DNA of 64,000 nt from Candidatus Methylomirabilota bacterium (GTDB taxonomy: Bacteria > Methylomirabilota > Methylomirabilia > Rokubacteriales > CSP1-6). The translations under genes were made by a program, and so were the position numbers. Numbering within the stretch: position 1 is the stretch's first letter; every line of letters begins with the position of its first letter. Positions 25,743 to 37,973 of the stretch are shown here, one piece after another. Location of the stretch: the NCBI GenBank assembly GCA_036001065.1, contig DASYUQ010000092.1, forward strand, positions 434 to 64,433, read 5' to 3'. The notes below the pieces were generated by a model. It was given only the letters and a program-made list of their open reading frames with translations. It was not told where the DNA came from and searched no databases.

Positions 25743-28615
25743 CGGCAGCCGGGCCCCGCGTGCCGCTGGCGACCTACCGCCTGCAGCTCGGCCGGGAGCT
25801 CACCTTCGACGACGCCGCGCGGGTCCTCGACTACCTGGCGGCCCTCGGCATCTCCGATTGCTACACGTCGCCCTTCTTCGAGACCAGCTCGGAGGGCTCG
25901 CACGGCTACGACGTGTCCGACCACAACCGCATCCGCGCCGAGCTGGGGGGCGAGGCGGCGTTCGCGCGGTTCGTCGAGGCGCGGCGGCGGCAGGGCCTGG
26001 GGCTGCTCATCGACGTCGTGCCCAACCACATGGGCATCGCCAAGAACCGCAACGCCTGGTGGCTGGACGTCCTCGAGAACGGGCCGGGCTCCGGCTACGC
26101 GCACGTCTTCGACATCGACTGGGCTCCGGTCAAGCGGGAGCTGGCGGGCAAGGTCCTGCTCCCCATCCTGGGAGACCAGTACGGCATCGTGCTCGAGCGC
26201 GGCGAGCTGCGGCTCGAGCTGGGCCAGGGCGTCGTCGCCATCCGCTACTACGACACGCTGCTGCCGCTCGCGCCGCGCTCCTACGCCCGGATCCTGAGTC
26301 ACCGGCTCGACGAGCTGCAGGCGGCGCTGGGACCCGAGCATCCCGCCCTGCGCGAGCTGAAGGCCCTGGCCGCGTGGTTCGTGACCCTGCCGCCTCCGGC
26401 CGTGGGTGATCGTGAGCGGCGCGAGACGATCCGGGCCCACAAGGAGGCCGGGGGGGTACGCCTGGCCGCGCTGCTCGAGCGCTCCCGCGAGGTGCGCGAG
26501 TTCCTGGAGGACAACGTCCGCCGGTTCAACGGTACGCCGGACGATCCGCAATCGTTCGATCTGCTCGACGACCTGCTGGACGACCAGGCCTATCGGCTCG
26601 CGTTCTGGCGGGTGGCGGGCGAGGAAATCAACTACCGACGCTTCTTCGACATCAACGAGCTGGCGGCCATCCGTGTCGAGGACCCCGACGTCTTCGCCGA
26701 GACGCACCGGCTGACCTTCCGGCTGGTGAGCGAGGGGTGCGTGACCGGCCTGCGCATCGACCACCCCGATGGTCTCTACGCGCCCGCCGAGTACTTCCGG
26801 CGGCTGCAGCGCGAGTGCGCCCGCGCCCGCGGCGTGGCCGCGAGCGACCGGCCCGGCTTCTACGTCGTCGCCGAGAAGATCCTGGGGCCGGGGGAGCCGC
26901 TGCCCCGGACGTGGGCCGTGGCCGGCACCACCGGCTACGAGTTCATCAATCTCCTCAACGGGATCTTCGTCGACCGCAGCCAGGCCCGGGCCATGGAGCA
27001 CGTCTATGCGCGGCTCATCAAGGAGCGCCCGCCCTTCACGGAGGTCGTCTACGAGTCGAAGCGGCTGATCATGCACACGTCGATGGCCTCGGAGCTGAAC
27101 ATGCTCGCGCATCGGCTCAACCTGATTTCCGAGAAGCACCGCTCCTCCCGCGACTTCACGCTGCTGAGCCTGGCCCGGGCGCTGGCCGAGATCATCGCCA
27201 ACTTCCCCGTCTACCGCACGTACGTGGGCGAGGACGAGGGCGGGCCGCACGAGCGGGACCGGGAGTACATCGCCCGGGCGGTGGCCCACGCCAAGCGCCG
27301 GACGCCGACGATGAGTGCCTCGATCTACGACTGGATCCAGGACATCCTCACCCTCAAGTACCCGCCCTGGGCCGGCGAGGACGATCGCCGCGAGCGGCTC
27401 GATTTCGCCATGCGCTTCCAGCAGATCACGGCACCGGTGACCGCCAAGGGCTACGAGGACACCGCCCTCTACCGCTTCAACCGGCTGGTGTCGCTCAACG
27501 AGGTCGGCGGCGACCCCTCCCGCTTCGGCACGCCGCTGGCCGAGTTCCACGCGGCCATGGCCGAGCGGCAGCGCACCTTCCCGCACGGCCTCAGCGCCAC
27601 CTCCACGCACGACACCAAGCGCGGAGAGGACGTCCGTGCCCGCATCAACGTCCTCAGCGAGATTCCCGGCGAGTGGCGCCGGCGGGTCGGCCTCTGGCAG
27701 AAGCTGAACCGCAAGCACCGGGCGATCGTCGATGCGCGGCCGACGCCGGGGGCCAACACGGAGTACCTGATCTACCAGACGCTGGTCGGCGCCTGGCCGG
27801 TGACTGTGGAGCGCCTGCGCACGTACATGCTGAAGGCCATCCACGAGGCCAAGTCCCACACGAGCTGGATCAACCCCGACCCCCGCTACGACGAGGCCAT
27901 CGCCCGCTTCGTCGAGGCCATCCTGGATCCCGCCCGCTCCGCCCGCTTCCTCGACGACTTCACCGCCTTCCAGGCCCGGGTGGCCCACTTCGGCGCGTTC
28001 AACGCGCTGGCCCAGACGCTCGTCAAGATCACGGCGCCGGGCGTCCCCGACTTCTACCAGGGCACCGAGCTGTGGGAGCTGAGCCTGGTCGACCCCGACA
28101 ACCGGCGGCCGGTGGACTGGGCGCTCCGCCGGCGCATGCTCCAGGAGCTGGCGGCGGCGGTGGAGGCGGCGCCGGACCGGGCCGCGCTCGCCCAGGAGCT
28201 CGTCAAGAACAAAGAGGACGGGCGCATCAAGCTCTACGTGATCCGCCAGGCGCTGGCCTGCCGCCGCGCCCACGCGGCGCTGTTCCGGGAGGGCGACTAC
28301 CGGCCGCTGGAGACCGAGGGGCCCCTCGCCGACCACGTCTGCGCGTTCGCACGGCTCTCGGGAGACACCGCGGCCCTCACCGTGGTGCCCCGCCTGCTCG
28401 CGCGCCGCGCCGTCGAGGAGCCGCCGCTCGGGCGCGAGTACTGGGGCCACGAGACGCGCCTGCGCGTTCCCCCCGAAGCGGGCTCCCGGTTCGTCAACCC
28501 GCTCACCGGCGAGGGGGTCGCCGCCGAGGAGGGGGTGCTCAGCCTCGGCCGCGTGTTCGCAAGCTTCCCGGTAGCCCTGCTAGTGCGCGAAGATGGGAGT
28601 GGGATGGCGGCGTGA
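25739..28615 (+). CDS. treY: Malto-oligosyltrehalose synthase
   Basis: [55 protein letters not shown]. The GTG start overlaps the upstream stop (GTGA at 25739-25742). Confidence 0.9.
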   Translation: MTAAGPRVPLATYRLQLGRELTFDDAARVLDYLAALGISDCYTSPFFETSSEGSHGYDVSDHNRIRAELGGEAAFARFVEARRRQGLGLLIDVVPNHMGIAKNRNAWWLDVLENGPGSGYAHVFDIDWAPVKRELAGKVLLPILGDQYGIVLERGELRLELGQGVVAIRYYDTLLPLAPRSYARILSHRLDELQAALGPEHPALRELKALAAWFVTLPPPAVGDRERRETIRAHKEAGGVRLAALLERSREVREFLEDNVRRFNGTPDDPQSFDLLDDLLDDQAYRLAFWRVAGEEINYRRFFDINELAAIRVEDPDVFAETHRLTFRLVSEGCVTGLRIDHPDGLYAPAEYFRRLQRECARARGVAASDRPGFYVVAEKILGPGEPLPRTWAVAGTTGYEFINLLNGIFVDRSQARAMEHVYARLIKERPPFTEVVYESKRLIMHTSMASELNMLAHRLNLISEKHRSSRDFTLLSLARALAEIIANFPVYRTYVGEDEGGPHERDREYIARAVAHAKRRTPTMSASIYDWIQDILTLKYPPWAGEDDRRERLDFAMRFQQITAPVTAKGYEDTALYRFNRLVSLNEVGGDPSRFGTPLAEFHAAMAERQRTFPHGLSATSTHDTKRGEDVRARINVLSEIPGEWRRRVGLWQKLNRKHRAIVDARPTPGANTEYLIYQTLVGAWPVTVERLRTYMLKAIHEAKSHTSWINPDPRYDEAIARFVEAILDPARSARFLDDFTAFQARVAHFGAFNALAQTLVKITAPGVPDFYQGTELWELSLVDPDNRRPVDWALRRRMLQELAAAVEAAPDRAALAQELVKNKEDGRIKLYVIRQALACRRAHAALFREGDYRPLETEGPLADHVCAFARLSGDTAALTVVPRLLARRAVEEPPLGREYWGHETRLRVPPEAGSRFVNPLTGEGVAAEEGVLSLGRVFASFPVALLVREDGSGMAA

Positions 28616-29283
28616 GGACGCGGACGGCCAGGAATCCCTTCGGCTTCATCGGCTGCGTCGAGCTGCGCCAGGCGCTCGACAAGCATGCCCTGGACGAGCG
28701 CGAGCTGATGGACCGTCTGGAGGAGGTTCCGGCCGGCTCGGTCTTCTACCACACGCACGGCTACTTCCTGCGCCATCGGCCGCTCACCACCGCCTACGGC
28801 AACGACTTCGCGCGGTGGACGGCCGTGGAGGTGCGCGACCAGGCGCTGGCCGAGCGCCTCGCCGTCGTGGATCCGTTCGGGTTCCCTGATCTGGAATTGC
28901 TCCGGGAGGAGCTGGTGACGATCATCCACGATCACCTGCGACAGCTCAACACGGTGCCGCGGGCGGAGCTGGCCGGGGCGTTCCATTTCCAGCAGTCGCA
29001 CATCGTGCAGGTCGAGCTGGGCCCGCTGGCCACGAACCTGGCCGAGTTCCGGGACGGCCTGGCCGCGGTGGACGCGAGCGCCATCTACTTCCACATGGTC
29101 GAGGCGCGGACCCGGCTCGGTCGCCCCTCGGGCGACTTCGCCGAGTGGCTGCGCACCTCGCTCGAGCTGCCGGCTCTGGCCGACCGCATCGAGCGCATCG
29201 ACACCTACATGACGAGCCTCGAGCGCGTGCGCGCGCGCGTGCTGAGCCTCGTGGACCAGGCCCTAGAAGAGGAAGTGGCGTGA
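28612..29283 (+). CDS. DUF5752-family protein
   Basis: FIGCVELRQALDKHALDERELMDRLEEVPAGSVFYHTHGYFLRH.... The start overlaps the treY stop (GTGA). The start codon choice is tentative. Confidence 0.65.
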   Translation: MRTRTARNPFGFIGCVELRQALDKHALDERELMDRLEEVPAGSVFYHTHGYFLRHRPLTTAYGNDFARWTAVEVRDQALAERLAVVDPFGFPDLELLREELVTIIHDHLRQLNTVPRAELAGAFHFQQSHIVQVELGPLATNLAEFRDGLAAVDASAIYFHMVEARTRLGRPSGDFAEWLRTSLELPALADRIERIDTYMTSLERVRARVLSLVDQALEEEVA

Positions 29284-30470
29284 CCCGGATCGACGACTAC
29301 CGTCAGGTGGCGCCGCCCGGCGTCGTCGACATCATCCTGAAGCTCGCCGAGCGCGTGCGGGGGCGACGGTTCCTCCACGTGAGCGGCGGCCGGTTCGGTG
29401 GGGGCCCTGCCGAGATCCTGCGCGCGGCGGTGCCGATCCTGTGCGACATGGGCATCGACACGCGCTGGGAGATCACGGGGGGCGATCCCGGCTTCTACAC
29501 GACGACGCGGGCGCTGCAGGCGGCCCTGGAGGGCGCCGAGCGCGTGCTGGCCGACGAGGCGCTCGCCCATTACGTCGAGATGAACCGGGTGAACGCCAAG
29601 AAGCTGTCGTTCGAGGCCGACCTTGTCGTCGTCCATGACGTCCAGCCGGCCACGCTCGTCGCCCAGCGGACCGACGGACGCTGGGTGTGGCGCTGCCACT
29701 TCGACTGCTCCCGCGCGCAGCGCCGGGCGTGGTCCTTCTTCCGGCAGTTCGTCTCCCAGTACGACGCCACCGTCTTTTCGCTGCCGGAATTCGCCCGGCG
29801 CCTGGGGGTGCCGCAGTACGTCATCTACCCGTCCATCGATCCCCTGTCCGAGAAGAACCGCGAGCTGACCCCCCGCGAGGTGGCGACGATCCTCGGGTCC
29901 CTGCGCCTGGCCCAGGACAAGCCGCTGCTCGTGCAGATCGGTCCCTTCACGCGCGCCCAGGACCCGCTGGGGGTCGTCAACGCGTGCCGGCTCGTCAAGA
30001 AGCATTATGATATCCGGCTGGTCCTGGCCGGCACCGCGGGAGACGATCGCGAGAGCCTGGAGGTCCTGGCCGAGCTCCGGGAGGCGGCCCACCATGATCC
30101 CGACATCGTCGTGCTGGAGCTGCCCCCCGACGCGCACCTCCAGATCAACGCGCTCCAGCGCGGCGCCACCATCGTGCTGCAGAAGTCGGTGCGCGAGGGC
30201 TTCGGGCTCGGCGCCGCCGAGGCGATGTGGAAGGGCAAGCCCGTCGTGGGTGGGTTCGGGGGCGGGCTCGCCCAGCAGATCATCTCCGACGTGACCGGCT
30301 ACACGGTGCACTCCGTGGAGGGCGCGGCGTTTCGCCTCCGCCACCTCCTCAACAACCCCGAGCTGATCGCCCGGATGGGGACGGCCGGGCGGGAGCACGT
30401 CCGCCGCACGTTCCTCGTCACCCGCCACATCACGGACTACCTGGCGCTCCTGATCCATCTCGCCGGATGA
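29280..30470 (+). CDS. GT4 glycosyltransferase, TreT-like (trehalose synthase family)
   Basis: IDDYRQVAPPGVVDIILKLAERVRGRRFLHVSGGRFGGGPAEILRAAVPILCDMGIDTRWEITGGDPGFYTTTRALQAALEG, plus a C-terminal GT-B block (VLQKSVREGFGLGAAEAMWKGKPVV). GTGA overlap at the start. Confidence 0.8.
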   Translation: MTRIDDYRQVAPPGVVDIILKLAERVRGRRFLHVSGGRFGGGPAEILRAAVPILCDMGIDTRWEITGGDPGFYTTTRALQAALEGAERVLADEALAHYVEMNRVNAKKLSFEADLVVVHDVQPATLVAQRTDGRWVWRCHFDCSRAQRRAWSFFRQFVSQYDATVFSLPEFARRLGVPQYVIYPSIDPLSEKNRELTPREVATILGSLRLAQDKPLLVQIGPFTRAQDPLGVVNACRLVKKHYDIRLVLAGTAGDDRESLEVLAELREAAHHDPDIVVLELPPDAHLQINALQRGATIVLQKSVREGFGLGAAEAMWKGKPVVGGFGGGLAQQIISDVTGYTVHSVEGAAFRLRHLLNNPELIARMGTAGREHVRRTFLVTRHITDYLALLIHLAG

Positions 30471-31726
30471 CCGACGTCTCCCCGGCCCGTGACCTGCCCC
30501 CGGAGCTCCAGGAACAGGTCGAGCGCCTGCGCTCCGCGGAGATCGCCGTGGCCCTGCTCACCTACAACAATGCGGCCACGGCCCCGGCGGTGGCCGAGGT
30601 GGCACGGGCCGGGCTGGAGAAGCACTTTCCGGGCGTCCCGGCGGCGCTCATCAACGCCGACGCCGGATCGTCGGACGGCACACCGGAGTTGCTGGCCGCC
30701 GGCGCGCTTCCGGTCGTCCTGGCCCGTCACGACGCGCCGATGACCGAGCGCGCCACGGTGCCCTTCCACGGCGTCCCCGGGCGGGGCGGGGCGTTGCGCC
30801 TCGCGTTCGGCATCGCCCAGCGCCTGGGCGTCCGCGCGCTGGTCGTGCTGGAGGCGGAGGTCACCTCGATGACCGACGCGTGGATCGCCCGCCTGGTGGG
30901 CCCCGTCTGGGAGGAGAAGGCCGATCTCGTGGCGCCGACGTACGCGCGCCACCGTTACGACGGCACCATCACGAATCTCCTGCTAGCGCCGCTGATCCGG
31001 GCCCTCTACGGCCGCCGCCTGCGCCAGCCGCTGCCGGGCTCGCAGGCGCTCTCGGCGCGCCTGCTCGAGCACCTGCTCCTCCATCCGCGGTGGACCTGGC
31101 CCGGGCGCGACGTCACGGATCTCTGGATCGTCGGCACGGCGATTGCTGACGGCTTCGCGGTGTGGGAGGCGTGGCTCGGCCGGCGCCGCGTGGAATCGCG
31201 CACCCGCACGACCGATTTGCCCACGATGGTCGCCCAGACGCTGGGGGCCGTTTTCACCGTGATGGACCGCCACCAGGACCTCTGGCTCGAAGTGCGCGGT
31301 AGCGAACCGCTGCCGGCCCTGGGAGATCCGGTACTGCCCTCCACCGAGCCGATGGCGGTGGACGTCGAGCGCATGATCGGAGCGTTCCGGCAAGGGCTGA
31401 GCGACCTGGGGCCCATCTGGGAGGACATCCTCGGCCCCGAGACGCTGGCCGACGTGCTGGCGCTGGACGTGACCGACGTCGCGCGCTTTCGGTTTCCTGA
31501 CGACCTCTGGGCGCGGGTGGTCTACGACTTCGCGCTCGGCCACCACTACGGCGTCGTGCACCGCGACCATCTGCTGCGCTCGCTGGTGCCGCTCTATCTG
31601 GGCCGCACCGCCGCCTTCGTCATCGCCACCCAGAGACGCGACGCCGCGGGCACCGAGGCCATGCTGGAGGCCGTGGGCGCCGCCTTCGAGCGCCTGAAGC
31701 CGTATCTCGTCGCGAGGTGGCGCTAG
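30467..31726 (+). CDS. Glycosyltransferase (GT-A/GT2-like)
   Basis: IAVALLTYNNAATAPAVAEVARAGLEKHFPGVPAALINADAGSSDGTPELL is a GT-A N-terminal pattern. ATGA overlap with the upstream stop. Confidence 0.65.
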   Translation: MTDVSPARDLPPELQEQVERLRSAEIAVALLTYNNAATAPAVAEVARAGLEKHFPGVPAALINADAGSSDGTPELLAAGALPVVLARHDAPMTERATVPFHGVPGRGGALRLAFGIAQRLGVRALVVLEAEVTSMTDAWIARLVGPVWEEKADLVAPTYARHRYDGTITNLLLAPLIRALYGRRLRQPLPGSQALSARLLEHLLLHPRWTWPGRDVTDLWIVGTAIADGFAVWEAWLGRRRVESRTRTTDLPTMVAQTLGAVFTVMDRHQDLWLEVRGSEPLPALGDPVLPSTEPMAVDVERMIGAFRQGLSDLGPIWEDILGPETLADVLALDVTDVARFRFPDDLWARVVYDFALGHHYGVVHRDHLLRSLVPLYLGRTAAFVIATQRRDAAGTEAMLEAVGAAFERLKPYLVARWR

Positions 31727-33672
31727 TGCTCCCTTCCGGACCCTGGCGCACGGTCGTCATCGAGAACGTCGCGCCCGCCGTGGACGGTGGCCGTTATCCG
31801 GCCAAGCGGGAGGTCGGCGCCGTCGTCGAAGTATCGGCGGACATCTTCAAGGAGGGCCACGACGTGCTGGTGGCCTTCGTCAGGTATCGCCTCGCCGGCG
31901 AAGGCGCGTGGCGCGAAAGCCCGATGCACTTCGTGGACAACGACCGTTGGGCGGGACGGTTCACGCTGGAGGCGATCGGACGCTGGGTCTTCACCATCGA
32001 GGCGCTGGCCGACCCGTTCCGCTCGTGGCTGGCGGACCTGGACAAGCGCGTGGAGGCCGGCCAGGACGTCGGCAGCGAGCTCGTGGAGGGCGCGGGGCTC
32101 GTGCGCGCGGCCGCCGGGCGCGCCTTGGGTCGGGAGGCCGAGGCCCTGGAGGCGTATGCCGGGCGCCTCGCGCTGCGTCCCGCCCAGGCCGAGGCCGTGG
32201 CCGCCGCCCGCGAGGAGCGCCTGGGCGCGCTGATGCACGCCCACCTGGATCGCCGCGAGTCGACCTGGGCCGAGCGCGAGTTCGAGATCGTCGCCGACCG
32301 CGAGCGCGCTCGCTTCGCCGCCTGGTACGAGTTCTTCCCCCGCTCGGGCCCGCCGGGACGCCACGCCACCTTCAAGGACGCCGAGGCCCAGCTGGAGCGC
32401 GCGGCCGCCGCGGGATTCGACGTGGTCTATCTGCCGCCCATCCATCCGATCGGCCGCACCCACCGCAAGGGCCGCAACAACTCGCTGGTGGCCCGCCCCG
32501 ACGACCCGGGCAGCCCCTGGGCCATCGGCAGCGAGGAGGGCGGCCACATGGCCGTCCATCCCGAGCTGGGTACGCTCGACGACTTCGACCGCTTCGTCGA
32601 GCGGGCGCGGGCCCTGGGGCTGGAGGTCGCGCTGGACTTCGCCATCCAGTGCTCGCCCGATCATCCCTACGTGCGGCAGCACCCGGAGTGGTTCTTCCAC
32701 CGGCCGGATGGCACCATCAAGTATGCCGAGAATCCGCCCAAGAAGTACCAGGACATCTACCCGCTGAACTTCCACGGCCGGGACCCGCGTCCGCTCTGGC
32801 AGGAGATGCGGCGCATCCTCGAGTTCTGGATCGGCCACGGCGTGCGGAGCTTCCGCGTGGACAACCCGCACACCAAGCCGGTCAAGTTCTGGGAGTGGCT
32901 GATCCGGAGCGTCCAGGATGAGCATCCGGACGTCATCCTCCTCGCCGAGGCGTTCACGCGGCCCAAGATGATGAAGGTCCTGGCCAAGGCGGGCTTCACG
33001 CAGTCGTACACCTATTTCACCTGGCGGAACGAGAAGCAGGAGCTGATCGATTACCTCACCGAGATCACCCAGCCCCCCGTCGCCGAGTACTTCCGCGGCC
33101 ACCTCTGGCCCAACACCCCCGACATCCTGCACGCCACGCTGCAGAAGGGGGGGCGCCCCGCTTTCAGGATGCGCCTGGTGCTGGCGGCGACGCTCTCGTC
33201 GCTCTACGGCATCTACTCGGGCTACGAGCTGTGCGAGAACCAGCCGTTCGCGGAGGGCTCCGAGGAGTACCTGAATTCGGAGAAGTACGAGCTCAAGTCG
33301 CGCGACTGGGACGCCCCCGGCAACATCGTCGACCTCGTCACCAAGGTCAACTGGATCCGGCGGGACCACCGCGCGCTGCAGCTCTACACCAACCTCCGCT
33401 TCTATCCCTCCGACGACCCGCACATCCTCTTCTACGGCAAGATGACCCCCGAGCGCGGCGACGTCGTCTTCGTCGCCGTCAACCTCGATCCGTTCGCCAC
33501 CCACTCCGCCTTGGTGGAGCTGCCGCTGGGGGAGCTCGGCATCCCCGAAGACCGGCCCTATCGTTTACACGAGCTGATCACCGACACCTGGCAGGAGTGG
33601 CGCGGCCGGGGCGGCCGGGTGACGCTGGACCCCCAGCACGAACCCGCCGCCATCTTCGTCCCGCAGCGCTGA
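31717..33672 (+). CDS. glgE: Alpha-1,4-glucan:maltose-1-phosphate maltosyltransferase
   Basis: VVIENVAPAVDGGRYPAKREVGAVVEVSADIFKEGHDVL...WYEFFPRS...GFDVVYLPPIHPIGRTHRKGRNNS.... The start is GTG 31717 or GTG 31726. Confidence 0.9.
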   Translation: MALVLPSGPWRTVVIENVAPAVDGGRYPAKREVGAVVEVSADIFKEGHDVLVAFVRYRLAGEGAWRESPMHFVDNDRWAGRFTLEAIGRWVFTIEALADPFRSWLADLDKRVEAGQDVGSELVEGAGLVRAAAGRALGREAEALEAYAGRLALRPAQAEAVAAAREERLGALMHAHLDRRESTWAEREFEIVADRERARFAAWYEFFPRSGPPGRHATFKDAEAQLERAAAAGFDVVYLPPIHPIGRTHRKGRNNSLVARPDDPGSPWAIGSEEGGHMAVHPELGTLDDFDRFVERARALGLEVALDFAIQCSPDHPYVRQHPEWFFHRPDGTIKYAENPPKKYQDIYPLNFHGRDPRPLWQEMRRILEFWIGHGVRSFRVDNPHTKPVKFWEWLIRSVQDEHPDVILLAEAFTRPKMMKVLAKAGFTQSYTYFTWRNEKQELIDYLTEITQPPVAEYFRGHLWPNTPDILHATLQKGGRPAFRMRLVLAATLSSLYGIYSGYELCENQPFAEGSEEYLNSEKYELKSRDWDAPGNIVDLVTKVNWIRRDHRALQLYTNLRFYPSDDPHILFYGKMTPERGDVVFVAVNLDPFATHSALVELPLGELGIPEDRPYRLHELITDTWQEWRGRGGRVTLDPQHEPAAIFVPQR

Positions 33673-33682
33673 CGGCGAGCGC

Positions 33683-34084
33683 CTAGCCCTCCAGGATCTT
33701 CTTCAACGTCCGCAGATCGCGCTCGACCAGCCCGACGTCCTCGGCGTACTTCTCGTCCGACATCCCGGGCATCTGGAAGACGGTGAAGAGGATCTCGCTC
33801 CCCGAGGCGTTAGGCACCACTCGCATCGGAACGAGCATTTCCGCCCCGGCCGCCGGGCTCACGTAGTGGTCGAGGACGCCGAGCTCGTTCCGTCCGACGA
33901 ATCGGATCCTCATGGGACCGTCCGGCGTCTCCACGACCCACTGGCCCTCCGATCTCCTCACCGACCGAGACAAGCCCGTCGCCCACCGCGGCAGGTTCTC
34001 GGGGTTCGAGACGAAGCCATACACGTGCCCGGGCGGACGGTCGATGGAAACACTCAGCGTCCTGGATCTCAGAACAGGCGCCAT
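33683..34084 (-). CDS. SRPBCC-superfamily protein
   Basis: 133 aa. SVSIDRPPGHVYGFVSNPENLPRWATGL is typical of polyketide cyclase/SRPBCC domains. Confidence 0.7.
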   Translation of the reverse strand: MAPVLRSRTLSVSIDRPPGHVYGFVSNPENLPRWATGLSRSVRRSEGQWVVETPDGPMRIRFVGRNELGVLDHYVSPAAGAEMLVPMRVVPNASGSEILFTVFQMPGMSDEKYAEDVGLVERDLRTLKKILEG

Positions 34085-34279
34085 TCAGGCTCGCCCCCTC
34101 TTCGGCTTCGTGGGGGTGGTGACGGTGTTCTGGACCGCGCGGATCAGCCAGTCGCCGTCTTGCACCATGACCATGCCGATGATCCCCTTGAAGTCCTTGA
34201 CGATCTCTCCCGACGGAAGCGTGAAACCGGTCATCTCCCACGTCGCATGCACGATCGCGGTGTCGGGTCGGCGCCCTTC
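34085..34279 (-). pseudogene. C-terminal remnant of an NTF2/SnoaL-like protein
   Basis: Hand translation of the open frame gives ...DTAIVHATWEMTGFTLPSGEIVKDFKGIIGMVMVQDGDWLIRAVQNTVTTPTKPKRGRA*. It resembles the last strands of SnoaL/DUF4440 domains. There is no room for an N-terminal half because the hydrolase stop is at 34295. Confidence 0.35.
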
Positions 34280-34294
34280 TCACGGTGGGCCATG

Positions 34295-35155
34295 TCAGTG
34301 CACGATGAAGTCCCGAATCACCGCCAGGGCACGCTCCGGCGCATCGGCGACCACCCCATGACCGCACCTAGGGAACCTCTCGAAGCGCACCAGATGTGCC
34401 GGAAGAGCGGCAGCGATCTCCATCTGACATTCGATCGGGGTCATGGGGTCCTCTTCTCCGCCGAGCACGAGTGTCGAGCACTGCACGCGCTGAAGCGCAG
34501 GGAACAGGTTAAACGTGCGGCCCTCGCCGCCCGGCCGGGTGAACCAGTGGGTGACCTCGGGATGGCGGATCGCGCGGCGCACCACGTCCGGATCCCGTGG
34601 GGTCCGCGTGTAGAGAGGGAAGGCCATGCGGATCCAGGCCTCGAGCGTAGCCTCGTCCGTGTGCCCGTCGAGCAGGCGGTGGCGGGCGAGCGCCCCGACC
34701 TCGGGTCCACCCAAGCGTTCAAACAGCGCGACTTTCTGCTCCAGATGTGTTCCGCCCGCTGCCTCGGTGCTCACCAGGAGCAACTTGGCGGGGTGTTCAG
34801 GATGGCGCGTGGCGTACGCCAGGGCGACCATGCCGCCAAACGACGCGCCCAAGATGATCGGGCGCGCGATCCCGAGCACCTCACAGAACGCGTGCACATC
34901 GTCGCCCCACTGAGCCAACGTCCACGTCTCGCGGGGTCCTGCGTCGCTGCGCCCATTCCCGCGATGGTCAAGGAAAACGACTTGCGCAATATCCGTTAGT
35001 TGTGAGAACTGCGGCTTGTACAGCGAATGGTCCATGCCGGGGCCGCCGTGGAGCAGGATGAGCGTTGGCTTCTCCCTCATCATCGGACCGTCGGGGACGA
35101 GGCTGGCGCCTTCGACGTCAAAGAAGAGTCGTACGCCATTGACGAGCACCCGCAT
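34295..35155 (-). CDS. Alpha/beta hydrolase (proline iminopeptidase-like)
   Basis: PTLILLHGGPGMDHS...VVFLDHRGNGRSD...ILGASFGGMVALAYA (nucleophile elbow). Confidence 0.85.
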   Translation of the reverse strand: MRVLVNGVRLFFDVEGASLVPDGPMMREKPTLILLHGGPGMDHSLYKPQFSQLTDIAQVVFLDHRGNGRSDAGPRETWTLAQWGDDVHAFCEVLGIARPIILGASFGGMVALAYATRHPEHPAKLLLVSTEAAGGTHLEQKVALFERLGGPEVGALARHRLLDGHTDEATLEAWIRMAFPLYTRTPRDPDVVRRAIRHPEVTHWFTRPGGEGRTFNLFPALQRVQCSTLVLGGEEDPMTPIECQMEIAAALPAHLVRFERFPRCGHGVVADAPERALAVIRDFIVH

Positions 35156-35265
35156 ATCACTTCCTCCCTGACTCTCTACAGCACCTCCCTGAGGCTGCCG
35201 AACGCTCAGGCTGAGCGGCCGGCGCTGCCGGTCCGCTCCAGCCTGCTGTTCGGCGGCCCACGGAT

Positions 35266-35662
35266 TCAGCCCCAGTTTTCTGTCTCGAGCCCTACGACAC
35301 GCCTGAAGTGCTGGGTATTGTTCGTGACGAACGTCAACCCCAACGACAGGGCATGAGCAGCCATGAGGGTGTCGAACGTCCCGATCGGCTCGCCGCGCCG
35401 AGCCAGTGCGGCCGCGACCGTGGCGAAGCGACCGGCAGCGGATTGATCGAAGGAGACAACCTCAACGGACTCCACGAAGGTACTGATCAGACGGTGAAGT
35501 TTCCGGTGAGCGTCTTGCCTCGGCGCCGAAGCGCAGTTCCGCGAGGGTGATCGAGCTGATACAGAGATCCGACGGGCGGTGTTCGAGCAGACGTGCCGCG
35601 ACCCGTCCTTGGCCACGGAGGGCAAAGCTCACCGTGTCCGTGTCGAGCATGTACCGTGGCAT
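35266..35662 (-). pseudogene. vapC: VapC PIN-domain toxin with one frameshift (or a sequencing error)
   Basis: The N-terminal frame reads MPRYMLDTDTVSFALRGQGRVAARLLEHRPSDLCISSITLAELRFGAEARRS. The C-terminal part is in another frame: LHRLISTFVESVEVVSFDQSAAGRFATVAAALARRGEPIGTFDTLMAAHALSLGLTFVTNNTQHFRRVVGLETENW. The shift is near 35500-35530. Confidence 0.7.
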
Positions 35663-35901
35663 CAGGCAAACGGATCACGCAGATCCCGGACGCGCTGCTG
35701 CTTCGGGCGGGGAATCTTCCCAGGCCAGGCACCCAGGCAAGCCCGGAACTTGTCCGGCCACTCATCCGCCGCCTCGAGGATGACGCGACGGCCTTGACGA
35801 CGCACCAAAACGTCGCCCTGAGCAGTGAACCGGCACTCCTTTGGGAGGCGGACCGCCTGACTGCCGCCATTCTGGAACAGTTTCGCGCGAGCGGGTTTCA
35901 T
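35662..35901 (-). CDS. vapB: VapB antitoxin (AbrB/SpoVT family)
   Basis: AKLFQNGGSQAVRLPKECRF...VLVRRQGRRVILE. The stop overlaps the vapC start. Confidence 0.8.
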   Translation of the reverse strand: MKPARAKLFQNGGSQAVRLPKECRFTAQGDVLVRRQGRRVILEAADEWPDKFRACLGAWPGKIPRPKQQRVRDLRDPFA

Positions 35902-36093
35902 GGTGTCAGTCTAGACTCGTGTCTATACGGGGTCAAGCTGCGAGCGCCGGCTCTTGTCCGTCGAACTAATTTAGATGTATACGGAACTGGATAACCAGGG
36001 TGACGCGGCGCGCCCGGACAGCGTAGCACGGTCGCCGTCCCTGGATGAGGCGCGGCCAAACACTTCAGCGACGTGGACTTTGTCGGCACCGCA

Positions 36094-36195
36094 TTTGACG
36101 ACCTCGAGATGTCGTACGAGATCAGCCTTGACCGCGCCGGGAAGCATCGTCACGCGATCTCTGTCGCCTTTGCCGCCGCGCACGATGATCTGATT
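36094..36195 (-). pseudogene. Short internal fragment of a tyrosine recombinase (integron-integrase/Xer-like)
   Basis: (QII)VRGGKGDRDRVTMLPGAVKADLVRHLEVV matches the conserved xRxGKGxKDRxxxLP box. Nothing else of the gene remains. Confidence 0.5.
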
Positions 36196-36299
36196 GGAGG
36201 CGAAGGGTGTTCACAAGGTGTCGCCGAACAGATACCCTCAAGGCGCTGGCGCCGCCAGGTACGCCCTACGAGCAGGCTGTAGAATCTTATACTGAGGCC

Positions 36300-37947
<1,648 letters not shown>

Positions 37948-37973
<26 letters not shown>

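Noticed and set aside
25667-28450. 927-aa ORF on the minus strand
   Set aside because: It is a shadow ORF antisense to treY, with low-complexity R/G/P/A composition and no motifs.
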